Below, piece after piece: positions 49,849 through 59,507 of a stretch of 64,000 nt of DNA (the stretch's first letter is position 1; each line of letters starts with the position of its first letter). Source of the DNA: an uncultured Planctomycetota bacterium (GTDB lineage: Bacteria > Planctomycetota > PLA2 > JAEUHO01); assembly GCA_963752285.1 (NCBI GenBank), contig CAVVXN010000002.1, positions 455,116-519,115 on the forward strand, read 5' to 3'. Under the pieces are notes generated by a model. That model was given only the letters and a program-made list of their open reading frames with translations, searched no databases and had not been told where the DNA came from. The position numbers were made by a program, and so were the translations under genes.

Positions 49849-52800
49849 TTGAACCGGAATCGGGCGCGGCGGACATTGCCTCGTGGAGGCGCGTTGCGAC
49901 CGCACCCGGCCGTCGATCCCGAGATCCTGCTGGCCCACGCCGCGGCGCTGAGGCGTCTCGCCCGCGCGCTCGTCCACGACGGGATCGAGGCGGAGGACGT
50001 CGCGCAGGAGACGCTCGTCCGGGCGCTCGAGCGGGGACCGCGCGCGGGCTGGGACCTCTGGGCGTGGCTCTCGGGCGTCGCGCGAAACGTCGCGCGGACC
50101 GGAGCACGGGCGCGCGCGCGCCGGCTCCGGCGCGAGGCGGGGGCCGCGCGTCTCGAGGAGACCCCTTCGACGCTCGACGTGGTCGCGAGTCTCGCCGAGC
50201 GCCGCGCGCTCGTCACGGCCGTACGCGCCCTCCCCGAGCCGTACCGGACCGTGGTGACGCTCCGCTGGCTCGAGGGCATGTCGCCGCGCGCGGTCGCGCA
50301 CCGGCTCGGCGTTCCCGTCGAGACGGTCCGGACGCGGGCGAGGCGCGCGCTCCCCATGCTGCGGGCGCTCTTGACGCGGCGCCACGACGGCAACGAGCGG
50401 CGGGCGATCCTCGCGCTCCTGCCCCTCGCGGGCGGCGGGCCGACCCCGCTCACGGCGCTGGGAGGCGCGGCCATGGCGACGAAGACCTACGTGACCGCCG
50501 CGGCGGCGGTCTGTCTCCTCCTCGTGGGGCTCGCCGCGTGGCTCGCCCTCGGCCGCGGTGGCGTCGGCGACGCGGCGCCTCGGCCCGGAAGGCCGGCGCT
50601 CGGTCCGAGCGCGCCGCCGCGCCTCGTCGGTACGGAGACGGAGCCCGACACGCGACCGTCGCCGGCCGTGACGTGGCACGTGGACGCCGGCGTGAAGGGA
50701 CGCGTGGTGGGGCCGGGGGACGCCCCCGTCCCCGGCGCGAGCGTCGTGTTCGTGGCGCCGGACCTCTACGTCTCGGCCGACCCGGAGCCCGCCGCACGAA
50801 CCGCTGCCGACGGGACGTTTCGCTTCGAGGTGCCCGCGGCGCTCCGGTCGGGCGTGCGGCTGTTCGTGCACGCGCCGGGGTACCGCACGGCGAGCCGCCT
50901 CGCGAGGGCCGACCCAAGCGAGGAGACCGTGCTCCGCCTCGTGCCCGTACCGAGCGTGCGGCTCCGCGTCCTCGACTCGGACACGGACGCGCCGATCCGA
51001 GGCGCGGTCGTCGAGACGTGGACGCTCGAGCTCGGAGGCGAGAGCGCGGAACGCGCGACGACGGATGCGGAGGGCGTCGCCATCCTCTCCGATCCGGGGC
51101 CGGCCTCGGGCGACGTCCTGTTCGGGCCGTTCGTGCACGTGGCCCATCCCGGGTACGAGCCCGCGCGCGTCGAGCTCTGGCAGGGCGACCGTCCCCGCGC
51201 AGCGGGCGGGAAGCCCACGGAGGTGTATCTGCGTCCCGGGAGCCCGAGCCGGATCCTCGTGCTGGAGGCGGACGGCTCGACGCCGGCGGCCGGCGTGCGC
51301 GTCCGCGGCTGGTCCGGCGGCGGCCTCCCGGTCGGGGCGGGCGCGGACGTGGTGATCCCCCAGGCCAGCGTCACGTCGATCGGCGAGGGGGTCACCTCGG
51401 CCGACGGCAGCGTGCGGTTGGGCGCACCCGCGCGAGACGAGCAGCTCTTCCTCCTCGCGGACCGGCCGGGTCATCTCGCCGTGCGCTGCCTCGAGAACGG
51501 CGGCGAGGATGCCGCGAGCCCGTGGCGGCTCGTGCTCTCTCCCGCCGGGTCCGTCTCCGGCCGCGTCGTGGACGCCTCCGATCGCCCCATCCCCGGCGCG
51601 CACGTCGAGACGGACTGGCGCGCCTGGTTCCCTACCCGAGCCGATCGCGCCGCGGGCGACGGTTTCCCGAGGGCGTACCCCCCTCCCGCGCTCTACGAAC
51701 GCGTGGCCGTCACGTCCGGGCCCGATGGCCGCTTCACCGTGCCGTGGGTGGTGTGTCCTGGCGGTCGGACCCGGGTCTGGGCGTACGCCGCGGGCCGGGA
51801 GACCGCGAGCGAGGACGTCCTCGCTCCGGCCGAGGGCGCGCCCCGCGACGAGGTCGTGCTTCGCCTTCCCCTGCGGGAGGACGCGTGGACGGTGCGCGTC
51901 CACGACGCGTCGGGCCACCCGATCGAACGGGCGCTCGTGGGACAACCTCGAACGTATCCGATGACGCGGACCGACCGGCTGGGCGTGGCCCGCCTCGTAC
52001 CCGTCGCCGCGCCGGGAGAGCCGGCGTTCGTCTTCGCCTCGGCGCCCGGCTTCGCGTCGGTCCGGGTCGAGGTCGATCCGGCGTCACCGGACCGCGCCCT
52101 CGACCTCGCGCTGGGACCCGCGCGGTCCCTCGAGGTCCGGACGATCGACGAGACGAACGGTCCCGTGCCCGCGTCGGTCGAGGTGTACGCCGGCGACCTC
52201 CCTCCCTCGGTCGAGCTCCCACTCTCGACGGCGCTCGACGTGCGGCGCCTCGCCGAGGGCATCACCGACACGGGCGGGGTGGTGCGGTTCGACGACCTGC
52301 CCCCGGGGGACCTCGTCGTGTGGGCGGGGCGACCGGGCGCGGGCCGCGGGGGCGTGCGGACCTCGGTCGGGCACGAGCCGGGCGTCGAGCTCCGCCTTCC
52401 CGGTCGCCACGACGATCCCGCGGCCGGCTCCGTCGTCGAGGGCCACGTGGTGGACGTCGAGGGGCGCGCCGTCCTCCGGTACCGGGCCACGATCGAGTCG
52501 GACTCGGTGGCGCAGGGCGCCGCGCTCGAGGGCCGCCGGTTCCGGTTCGAGGGTCTCCCGCCGGGAGCCTACGACCTCCTGGTCACCCCGCGGGGGGACT
52601 GGAAGCGGGTCATCGTGCCCGTCGTCGTGCGCCGGGGCGAGGACGTCCACGACCTCACGGTGCGCGTGGGGGAGGGCGCGAGCGTTCTCGGGGTCGTCGC
52701 GGCGCCCGCGAACACGAGCGTCGCGCGCCTGCGCGTCCTGGCGATGGCCGTCGGTACGCGTCGCGCATGGGGAACCAGCGCCGACGTGGGCAAGGACGGT

Positions 52801-53250
52801 CGTTTCGTGCTCGAGGGCCTGAACGCGGGACGCTACGCCCTCCGTCTCAGCGCCGAGGGCGGCGCTCACGACTCTCCGCTCCAGCTGGTGGACGCGGTCG
52901 TGGACCTCGCGCCGGGCGAACGCCTCGAGCGGACGTTTCGTGCCGTCGGGGCGGTGCGCCTGTGGCTGCGCGGCGACGATCCCTCGCTCGCGGACCGCCC
53001 CCCGCCCGTCCTCACGGTCGCCACGCAGTCGGTGGACAACGTCTCTTCCTGGGTCGTGATCGAGCTCCAGGACGAGGCCGGCGCCCGCCAGAGCGCGGGA
53101 GGCCTCTACCGGGAACGGACGCGCACTCCGTTCCTGCTCGTGCCGGGTCGATACCATCTGCGGGTCAGCCATCACCGCCTGGGTCGGTACGAAGCCGACC
53201 TCGACGTACGGGGCGACGACGACGTGGACGTGCTCGTTCACCTCGAGTAG
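49849..53250 (+). CDS. ECF-type sigma-70 factor fused in one ORF to a TM helix and an extracytoplasmic region of at least 8 carboxypeptidase-regulatory-like repeats
   Basis: Track ORF. The start is uncertain: TTG at 49849, or TTG at 49894 behind a GGAGG. Sigma region 2 is EDVAQETLVRALER. Region 4 is LPEPYRTVVTLRWLEGMSPRAVAHRLGVPVETVRTRARRAL. No stop occurs before the TM helix (AAAAVCLLLVGLAAWLAL). Repeats follow, such as VKGRVVGPGDAPVPGASVVF...AADGTFRFE. Confidence 0.75.
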   Translation: MNRNRARRTLPRGGALRPHPAVDPEILLAHAAALRRLARALVHDGIEAEDVAQETLVRALERGPRAGWDLWAWLSGVARNVARTGARARARRLRREAGAARLEETPSTLDVVASLAERRALVTAVRALPEPYRTVVTLRWLEGMSPRAVAHRLGVPVETVRTRARRALPMLRALLTRRHDGNERRAILALLPLAGGGPTPLTALGGAAMATKTYVTAAAAVCLLLVGLAAWLALGRGGVGDAAPRPGRPALGPSAPPRLVGTETEPDTRPSPAVTWHVDAGVKGRVVGPGDAPVPGASVVFVAPDLYVSADPEPAARTAADGTFRFEVPAALRSGVRLFVHAPGYRTASRLARADPSEETVLRLVPVPSVRLRVLDSDTDAPIRGAVVETWTLELGGESAERATTDAEGVAILSDPGPASGDVLFGPFVHVAHPGYEPARVELWQGDRPRAAGGKPTEVYLRPGSPSRILVLEADGSTPAAGVRVRGWSGGGLPVGAGADVVIPQASVTSIGEGVTSADGSVRLGAPARDEQLFLLADRPGHLAVRCLENGGEDAASPWRLVLSPAGSVSGRVVDASDRPIPGAHVETDWRAWFPTRADRAAGDGFPRAYPPPALYERVAVTSGPDGRFTVPWVVCPGGRTRVWAYAAGRETASEDVLAPAEGAPRDEVVLRLPLREDAWTVRVHDASGHPIERALVGQPRTYPMTRTDRLGVARLVPVAAPGEPAFVFASAPGFASVRVEVDPASPDRALDLALGPARSLEVRTIDETNGPVPASVEVYAGDLPPSVELPLSTALDVRRLAEGITDTGGVVRFDDLPPGDLVVWAGRPGAGRGGVRTSVGHEPGVELRLPGRHDDPAAGSVVEGHVVDVEGRAVLRYRATIESDSVAQGAALEGRRFRFEGLPPGAYDLLVTPRGDWKRVIVPVVVRRGEDVHDLTVRVGEGASVLGVVAAPANTSVARLRVLAMAVGTRRAWGTSADVGKDGRFVLEGLNAGRYALRLSAEGGAHDSPLQLVDAVVDLAPGERLERTFRAVGAVRLWLRGDDPSLADRPPPVLTVATQSVDNVSSWVVIELQDEAGARQSAGGLYRERTRTPFLLVPGRYHLRVSHHRLGRYEADLDVRGDDDVDVLVHLE

Positions 53251-53359
53251 CCCACCCTGCGGCGGACGAGCGGCACCCCGGATCCGCCGAAACGAAGAGC
53301 GTCCGCTCCCGGAGACCGTCGCATCGCGTCCGAGAGCGACGTCCGCACGCCCGGAGGGA

Positions 53360-53433
53360 TGGAGGCGCCGTCCGGAATCGAACCGGAGTGCGCGGATTTG
53401 CAATCCGCTGCCTAACCACTCGGCCACGGCGCC
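53360..53433 (-). tRNA. tRNA-Cys (anticodon GCA), CCA encoded
   Basis: The reverse complement reads GGCGCCGUGGCCGAGUGGUUAGGCAGCGGAUUGCAAAUCCGCGCACUCCGGUUCGAUUCCGGACGGCGCCUCCA. The acceptor stem is 7 bp. The anticodon arm is GCGGA/UUGCAAA/UCCGC. The T arm is UCCGG/UUCGAUU/CCGGA, and the discriminator is U73. Confidence 0.9.
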
Positions 53434-54080
53434 CGGGTCCGGGCTGGGGAGTTGAAACCGGGTTCGCCGGATTGGCAAGCCCGGTCCGAGGTCGGAGGTC
53501 CGCCCGCGGCTACGGGCTGCGGGCCGGCGGTGGTGCGTCCCGGGCGCCGGCCGCCGGGGGCGGGAGTCCGGGCGGAGCCCGTCGCGGCGTTGCGTCGCGG
53601 CGCTGCGGAGCCGAGGGTCCCCCGGAGCCGACGGCGTCCCGGAGTCGCGGGCGGCGCGGCGCCGGGGCCGGGACAACCGGCGGGCGCGGTCCCCGCGGGC
53701 GTGGGGCCGGCCTGGGTCACGGCGGCCCGGCGTACCGAGCGTCGGTCCCTGCGCGTCGGGCCCCCGCCTTGGCGAGGGCGCGCCGGCGCGCCTGTTTATT
53801 CGTTCGTGTGCGAATCGATTCACTTCGTGTGCGATACCCATCGCAGGATCGCACGCGCGGTACACACCTCGGCAACCCGGTAACCATCCCCCGCTTGGCG
53901 GCGGTTGCGTCGAAGTTCCAAGACGCCCGGCGCGCGATCGCATTTCGTGCGGTCCCCGACGGGGCGAGAAGAGAATTACGCGGTAGCTACCTCGAGCGCG
54001 CCGCGCGGTGCGACGTTTGCCTACAAGAGTCGGGCGGGTACCCGAAACGCAACCGCGGGCTCGCTCCAAGGAGAGGCGTC

Positions 54081-57000
54081 ATGTCACGCTCCCGTGTCGT
54101 GGGGATCTCCCTCACCCTTCTTGCCTCGGTCGTCCTCGCGTCTTGCGGTGGCAGCGGCCAGGGCCTCCGGATGCCGAGCGACTCGGTCCGGTTCCTGAGC
54201 ACGTCGCTTCCGGCGATGACGTCGGGCGTGCCCTACGACTACCAGATCCCGCTCACCGGCGGTTGCGGCGGCCCCTACGTGATGAAGACGATCTCGGGCG
54301 GGCTGCCCGCTGGGCTCGTGTTCGACCCCCAGAACCACGCGATCCGGGGTACGCCGCTCGTAGACGGGGTGTTCTCCTTCGAGATCCAGATCCAGGACAC
54401 CGGTTGCAACCCATTCTCGGCCGCGGCGGCCAAGTTCAGCGCGAACGTCACGGTCGGAGCCGTCACCGTCGTGGACGTCCTGCAGGACGGGAACCCGAGC
54501 CTCTCTGCGCCCGGAACGGCACCCGAGTTCCCCGACCTGCCCGCGCTCCCGAACACGGTCTACAACGAGTTCACCTCGCTGCACTTCCTCTGCGCCGGCG
54601 GGCAGGGGCCCTACACGATGAAGATCGCCGACGACCCTGCGAACCCCGACGATGGCGCACTTCCCCTGGGCGTGAGCGTCGCGCCGAAGTCCACCGATCT
54701 CGTGGGGTCTCCGGCGGAGGTGGGCCCGAACGAAGGACCGTTCTGCCTGACGTTCGACGTCCAGGACTCCCTGGGCAACACCTCTCGCTTCACCTGCTGC
54801 TGGCGGGTGGACACGCCGCCGATCCTGGTGGCCGTCACGAGCCTCGCGAACGGCGCCTGCGGCCAGGTCTACAGCGAGCAGCTCTCGGTCAGCGGCGGCG
54901 TCCCGCCCTTCTCCCACGAGCTCGTGGAGAAGGGGCTTCCCCTCGACTACACGATCGACCGCGGACCGAACCCGTCCAATCCCTCGGCCGACGTGATCTT
55001 CGAGCCCGGGGCGGAGCCTACGGTCAACCCGCCGGAGGCGCTGAACCGCATCGACTCGTGGGTCTACCCCGCGCCCGCCGCGCTGGGCCCCAACTATGCG
55101 GCCTCGAATCCGGGCGCTCCGCCCGAGGGCGTCTACATCGTCGAGGACACGGGCTCCCTCCGCGGCATCCCGCGTCGCCGCGGCGCCTTCCTGATCCACT
55201 ACCACGTCAAGAGCGCGCTGGTCCCCCTGAGCTTCGGACAGCACGCCTGGCGCTCGTTCAACGTCACCTTCTCCCCGGCCCCGGCTCCCGCGCAGAACCC
55301 CGCCTACACGGTGGAGGGCTCGTTCTCCTCCATCCCGCCCTACGCCCGCGTCCCCGAGATGCAGCAGGGGCAGGTCTACAACCCCGACGCCGGACCGCTC
55401 GGGCTCCAGCTCCTCGCCACGGGTGGCGTGCCCCAGGACGGCTACTCGGACCATCCGCACAAGAGCCAGATCGACAGCGACCCGGTCGTCGGCGAGACCG
55501 CCGGCGCCTACCTCTGGTCGATCGACTGGGACCCCGACGGCCTCGGAAGCAGCCAACCGCTGCACGTGGAGTTCCTCCCGTCGGGCGTCCTCCGGCCGGT
55601 CACCGGCGAGGAGGCGAACCTGGTCCCGCAGGCTCCCGCGGCCATCGCCGTCACCGCGCAGGACTTCGCCCTTCCACAGTCTCTCGCCGGCACGCAGACG
55701 CAGAAGGTGCGCCTCGGCATCGGGCCGGACCGGATCATCGTGACCCAGTCCACGACCTCCTACACGAGCGACTACTACACCATGGCGTTGAACGACCCCG
55801 TCATGACGGTGCGCATGATGCTGCCGTACACGTCGGGCGCTCAGCTCCGGAACCTGAACGACTCCGATCTCGTAGGCAACGGCACCGACCGCATCCCGCT
55901 GCCGACGGAGATCGGTTCGAGCACCTCGATCTCCACGCTGCTCACGAACATCGACATCGTGCGTGTGTCGGTCAACCCGACGGGTTGGTGGGACGACACC
56001 AACGCCCTGAACCCGCGAGGCGCGCGCCCGTGGCAGCACGGTGACCGCAACGAGTACTACCCGTACTACGGCATCGGCTACAACGGCAACACGTACGACA
56101 TCTACGGCTACAACTCGGACCAGGTCCAGCCGTCCGCCACGGCGGTTCGGCTGCCGGCCTGCACGTCTTCGGCGGTCACGGCCGACCTCCAGACCGGCGT
56201 GTACACGGACGGCGGCAAGCTCTACGTCTTCGACGCCGCCTCCTACTTCGGGATCTTCATCATCCGCAAGGACGGTCGCATCTACGTCCCGGCCGCGTTC
56301 TCGAAGTCCGGGACGTGGAGCTCCTTCGGCGACAACTGGATGGAGTCCTACTCGACCAGCACCTCGCAGCTGAGCCTCGTGAAGATCCCGCAGATGACCG
56401 TGAGCCCGGACGGCCGCTTCGCGGCGTTCAAGCTGCGGCGTTCGCTCAACCAGTGGGAGAACGCGAGCTCGTCGGGCATCCTGCTCATCTCCCTGACGGG
56501 GGAGCGGGTCGGTGGCTGGGGTGACGACGTCCACCACGTCATCTCGACGGGCTCGGACGGGAGCTGGTCCCAGGGCGAGATCGTCTTCGCCTCGAGCCTC
56601 ACCCTGACCGGCCAGTACCTGTACTACCTGGTCGGCAGCGGAAGCACCGACTACATGCACTTCCGCGACCACTACATCTATCGCGCCGACATCACGTCGG
56701 GCGCCTCGGCGGGCGCGCTGCTCCACCCGGGCTTCTCCTCGGCCTGGCCGAACAGCCCGGGCAGTCCGATGCAGACGCCCTTCCAGTGCTTCTCGCGATC
56801 GTTCGGGTCGTCGAGCGGCCCGGACATGGTGATGATCTCGACGTACGGCTACAACGGGTTCGAGGCGTCGCTCGCCCCGCACCCGTTCCGGGTGAGCTCC
56901 GACGGCCGCGCGTGCGCGATCCTCGCGAGCCCGACGCCCGCCGGGGTCGGCGGCTCGGACGTCCTCCTCCACAACGTGTGGGTGGACTACGACGGCAACC

Positions 57001-58508
57001 TCTCCCAGGTGAGCACGAAGGCGCGTCACTCGCACGGCGGCGGCCGCGGCACGGCGCTCACGACCGGTCCCGTGTACTACCCGGTGACCGGGCTGTGGGG
57101 CCGCTACAACGGACCGACCACCGCCTTCGAGATCTCGGACGACGGCCTGAAGGTCGCCGTGGTGGTGAGCCGCGCGGACTACGTCTACGCGGCCTACTCG
57201 TACTACGACTACAACTACGACTGGCAGTACCGCGAGGACGTCGTCGCGTTCACGAGCTCGGGGGCGACCCCGTGGCAGGGCTCGACCGAGCTCCAAGTCA
57301 CGGGCAACGAGTCCGGCGGCACGCCGGTGTTCTCGAACTCCCTCCTCTGGCGCTTCGGAGCGCTGACGTTCACGCGCGCCGGGGACGGCCTCGTGTTCTG
57401 GGGCGGCTATTCGTGCTACAGCCCCAGCTGGTTCGACGCGGACTACTCCTACATGGCCTCGGGCTCCAAGAGCTTCATCGGGAGCCTGTACTCGTACTCG
57501 TTCAGCGACAACGGCGTCCGCAGCATCCTTTCGAGCTCCGACGGCGGGTGCAACCTGACCGTGGGCAGCACGCAGACCTCGATCTCGTTCTCGACGAGCC
57601 AGGGCCAGACCGACGGCGGCGTCATCCGTCCGTGGGGCGGCTTCCTCTCGAAGAACGGGAACTTCTTCTACATCGTGAACCACGAGGCCCTGAGCACGTC
57701 CGACTACACGAACGCCCGCCTGGTCGGAGTGAACGTCCGGAGTCTCGACTCGTCGAGCTCCATCAACAGCCACCTCGACGGACGCGCCTTCGCCGTCGGC
57801 GGCATGGGCAGCTCGGTCGGCTACCACGGCTTCTACCCGTTCCTCGACTACACCAGCTTCTTCGGCATGGGCAGCGAGTACTACTACTACCACTATCACC
57901 AGTACTACAACCACTACATGGGCGCGAAGCAGGTGGCTTCCACGGACAACGGCTGGGTGTTCTTCTTCAGCGACTACCAGCCCTACTCCAGCAACGCCAG
58001 CGGCTGGCTCTACGACTCGGGCGGTTCGATCCGGAACACGGGGTACTCGTACGGGTACGAGGGCCACGTGTTCGTCTTCGACCCGAACGTGGGCGGGAGC
58101 GTGCAGAGGGTCACGGGCAGCGAGTTCGGCGCCGACACGGGCTACAACTATCGCTTCCCCGGTTTCCTCGAGGTGTCGGACGACGGCAGCGGCTGCGCGG
58201 TCGTCTACGGCACGAATTACCCCGCGCTGCAGTACGAGCAGCTGATCGCGTACAGCCGGATCCGGCTGAACCCGACGACCGGCGCGCTCCTGGCAGGCAA
58301 GCAGTACCGCTCGCTCGAGCCCTCCATCACGCGCGTGAGCTCGTGCATCTCGTTCGACTCCGTCACCGAGAAGCTGCTGTACGCGGCCGGCAGCGGCAAC
58401 GAGAACAGCAAGACGATCAAGGCGGGCACGCTGGCCACCGGTTCGACCACGACCGCCTACTCCGGCTTCGGCACCAAGAGCTTCAACATCCTGCACGCCG
58501 GCCGCTGA
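54081..58508 (+). CDS. 1475-aa lipoprotein: N-terminal putative-Ig (He_PIG-like) repeats plus a large Tyr/Ser/Gly-rich region with PD40-like blades
   Basis: In-frame ATG at 54081 (RBS AAGGAGAGG) of the 2891-aa track ORF, with lipobox VLASC. LPAGLVFDPQNHAIRGTP is an Ig-type repeat. (V/I)S(P/S/D)DG motifs recur (VSPDGRFAAF, VSSDGRACAI, ISDDGLKVAV, VSDDGSGCAV). A low-complexity stretch reads SEYYYYHYHQYYNHY. Confidence 0.85.
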   Translation: MSRSRVVGISLTLLASVVLASCGGSGQGLRMPSDSVRFLSTSLPAMTSGVPYDYQIPLTGGCGGPYVMKTISGGLPAGLVFDPQNHAIRGTPLVDGVFSFEIQIQDTGCNPFSAAAAKFSANVTVGAVTVVDVLQDGNPSLSAPGTAPEFPDLPALPNTVYNEFTSLHFLCAGGQGPYTMKIADDPANPDDGALPLGVSVAPKSTDLVGSPAEVGPNEGPFCLTFDVQDSLGNTSRFTCCWRVDTPPILVAVTSLANGACGQVYSEQLSVSGGVPPFSHELVEKGLPLDYTIDRGPNPSNPSADVIFEPGAEPTVNPPEALNRIDSWVYPAPAALGPNYAASNPGAPPEGVYIVEDTGSLRGIPRRRGAFLIHYHVKSALVPLSFGQHAWRSFNVTFSPAPAPAQNPAYTVEGSFSSIPPYARVPEMQQGQVYNPDAGPLGLQLLATGGVPQDGYSDHPHKSQIDSDPVVGETAGAYLWSIDWDPDGLGSSQPLHVEFLPSGVLRPVTGEEANLVPQAPAAIAVTAQDFALPQSLAGTQTQKVRLGIGPDRIIVTQSTTSYTSDYYTMALNDPVMTVRMMLPYTSGAQLRNLNDSDLVGNGTDRIPLPTEIGSSTSISTLLTNIDIVRVSVNPTGWWDDTNALNPRGARPWQHGDRNEYYPYYGIGYNGNTYDIYGYNSDQVQPSATAVRLPACTSSAVTADLQTGVYTDGGKLYVFDAASYFGIFIIRKDGRIYVPAAFSKSGTWSSFGDNWMESYSTSTSQLSLVKIPQMTVSPDGRFAAFKLRRSLNQWENASSSGILLISLTGERVGGWGDDVHHVISTGSDGSWSQGEIVFASSLTLTGQYLYYLVGSGSTDYMHFRDHYIYRADITSGASAGALLHPGFSSAWPNSPGSPMQTPFQCFSRSFGSSSGPDMVMISTYGYNGFEASLAPHPFRVSSDGRACAILASPTPAGVGGSDVLLHNVWVDYDGNLSQVSTKARHSHGGGRGTALTTGPVYYPVTGLWGRYNGPTTAFEISDDGLKVAVVVSRADYVYAAYSYYDYNYDWQYREDVVAFTSSGATPWQGSTELQVTGNESGGTPVFSNSLLWRFGALTFTRAGDGLVFWGGYSCYSPSWFDADYSYMASGSKSFIGSLYSYSFSDNGVRSILSSSDGGCNLTVGSTQTSISFSTSQGQTDGGVIRPWGGFLSKNGNFFYIVNHEALSTSDYTNARLVGVNVRSLDSSSSINSHLDGRAFAVGGMGSSVGYHGFYPFLDYTSFFGMGSEYYYYHYHQYYNHYMGAKQVASTDNGWVFFFSDYQPYSSNASGWLYDSGGSIRNTGYSYGYEGHVFVFDPNVGGSVQRVTGSEFGADTGYNYRFPGFLEVSDDGSGCAVVYGTNYPALQYEQLIAYSRIRLNPTTGALLAGKQYRSLEPSITRVSSCISFDSVTEKLLYAAGSGNENSKTIKAGTLATGSTTTAYSGFGTKSFNILHAGR

Positions 58509-58537
58509 CGGCGGCCGAGACGTTTCGATCGCACGCC

Positions 58538-58569
58538 CCGGCCCCCGCGGCACCGCCCGCGGGGGCCGG
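58538..58569 (+). terminator. Perfect 13-bp GC hairpin 30 nt after the lipoprotein stop (terminator candidate)
   Basis: CCGGCCCCCGCGG-caccgc-CCGCGGGGGCCGG is followed by gcttcgtct. Confidence 0.5.
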
Positions 58570-58685
58570 GCTTCGTCTCGGGGGGACCGGAGGCGCGCGG
58601 GTCGTCAGCCGGAGTCCTCGCCGCCGCCCGATCGACCGGAGCCGGAGCGCGCGGAGCGTCACGGCGTTCGTCGTCGCGCTCGGGG

Positions 58686-59507
58686 CTACGGGACGTTCAC
58701 GCGGGCGTTCTCGACGTTCGCGCCGAGGCGGCCGCCGGGGACGAGGAGCGGGACGACACGGCCCTCGCGTACCACCTCCACGGCGACCTGGTCGGTGGGG
58801 GCGGTGCGGTCCCGGGCCGCCAGGAGCTCGGAGAGGTCGTGGACCCGGACCGCGTCGTAGCGGACGATCACGTCGCCCACGCGAAGCCCCGCCTCCCTCG
58901 CCCGGCTGGTGTCGGCGAGGCCCGTGACGCGGATCCCGTCGGCGCGCGCGAGGTCCACGGTGCGCTCCACGTGGCGGACTTCGGTCGTGATCTCGACGTC
59001 GATGGTCGCCGCCACGTGGTGGGGGGCGCTGAGGGGTTCGATCGCCGCGACGGTGTCCCGCTGGTCCGCGCAAAACCCCACCGCGAATCGCACGTCGGGA
59101 ATGGGCTCCTCCGTCCGCGCGTCGAGCACCCGGACCTCGAAGCTCGCGGTTCCCGGCACGCGCACGGATCCCACGTCGGTCGTCCGGCCGGGCTCGACCC
59201 GGTATCCCAGGTCGCTCTCGTACGGGTTCGCGCCCCCGCCTTCGAAGAGCGCGGGCCGCCCCTCGATCCACCCGCCGTGCTCGTTCGGCCGAGCGTTCAA
59301 AGCCTCGGCGTCGGACGCGGCGCTCGGAGCCCGCGCGTTCGGCTCGACCCCGCGGAGCGCCGCCGCGCCCGGCGCCGCTTCGGCGCTCGCGGGCGAGGGC
59401 CGCGCGAGGTCCCTCGCGTCGCGCGGCTCGTTCCCCGATCTCCGCACGAGGAACCAGCCGAGCGCGACGAGCACGTCGAGCAGGATCGCGACGACGATCG
59501 GCCTCAT
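58686..59507 (-). CDS. Membrane-anchored protein with a C-terminal PDZ domain
   Basis: In-frame ATG at 59507 of the 1396-aa track ORF. The N-terminal TM helix is IVVAILLDVLVALGWFLV. The PDZ-like segment is GIRVTGLADTSRAREAGLRVGDVIVRYDAVRVHDLSELL. Confidence 0.7.
   Translation of the reverse strand: MRPIVVAILLDVLVALGWFLVRRSGNEPRDARDLARPSPASAEAAPGAAALRGVEPNARAPSAASDAEALNARPNEHGGWIEGRPALFEGGGANPYESDLGYRVEPGRTTDVGSVRVPGTASFEVRVLDARTEEPIPDVRFAVGFCADQRDTVAAIEPLSAPHHVAATIDVEITTEVRHVERTVDLARADGIRVTGLADTSRAREAGLRVGDVIVRYDAVRVHDLSELLAARDRTAPTDQVAVEVVREGRVVPLLVPGGRLGANVENARVNVP

Noticed and set aside
53879-53911. ECF-type promoter (GGTAAC ... CGTC) in front of the giant lipoprotein gene
   Set aside because: The spacer between AAC and CGT is about 23 nt, against the usual 16-17. 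This is a chance match in GC-rich DNA.
53251-54080. Genomic island integrated at tRNA-Cys
   Set aside because: No integrase or recombinase is present, and I could not find a direct repeat of the tRNA 3' end elsewhere in the window. Only the compositional oddity of the neighbouring lipoprotein gene remains, and that is reported separately.
49833-58508. 2891-aa plus-strand ORF as one protein
   Set aside because: The first ~1416 codons are Arg/Gly/Pro-rich and overlap the ECF-fusion gene in another frame. They also run straight through tRNA-Cys and the leader. A lipoprotein signal with a good RBS starts at 54081, so only 54081..58508 is accepted.
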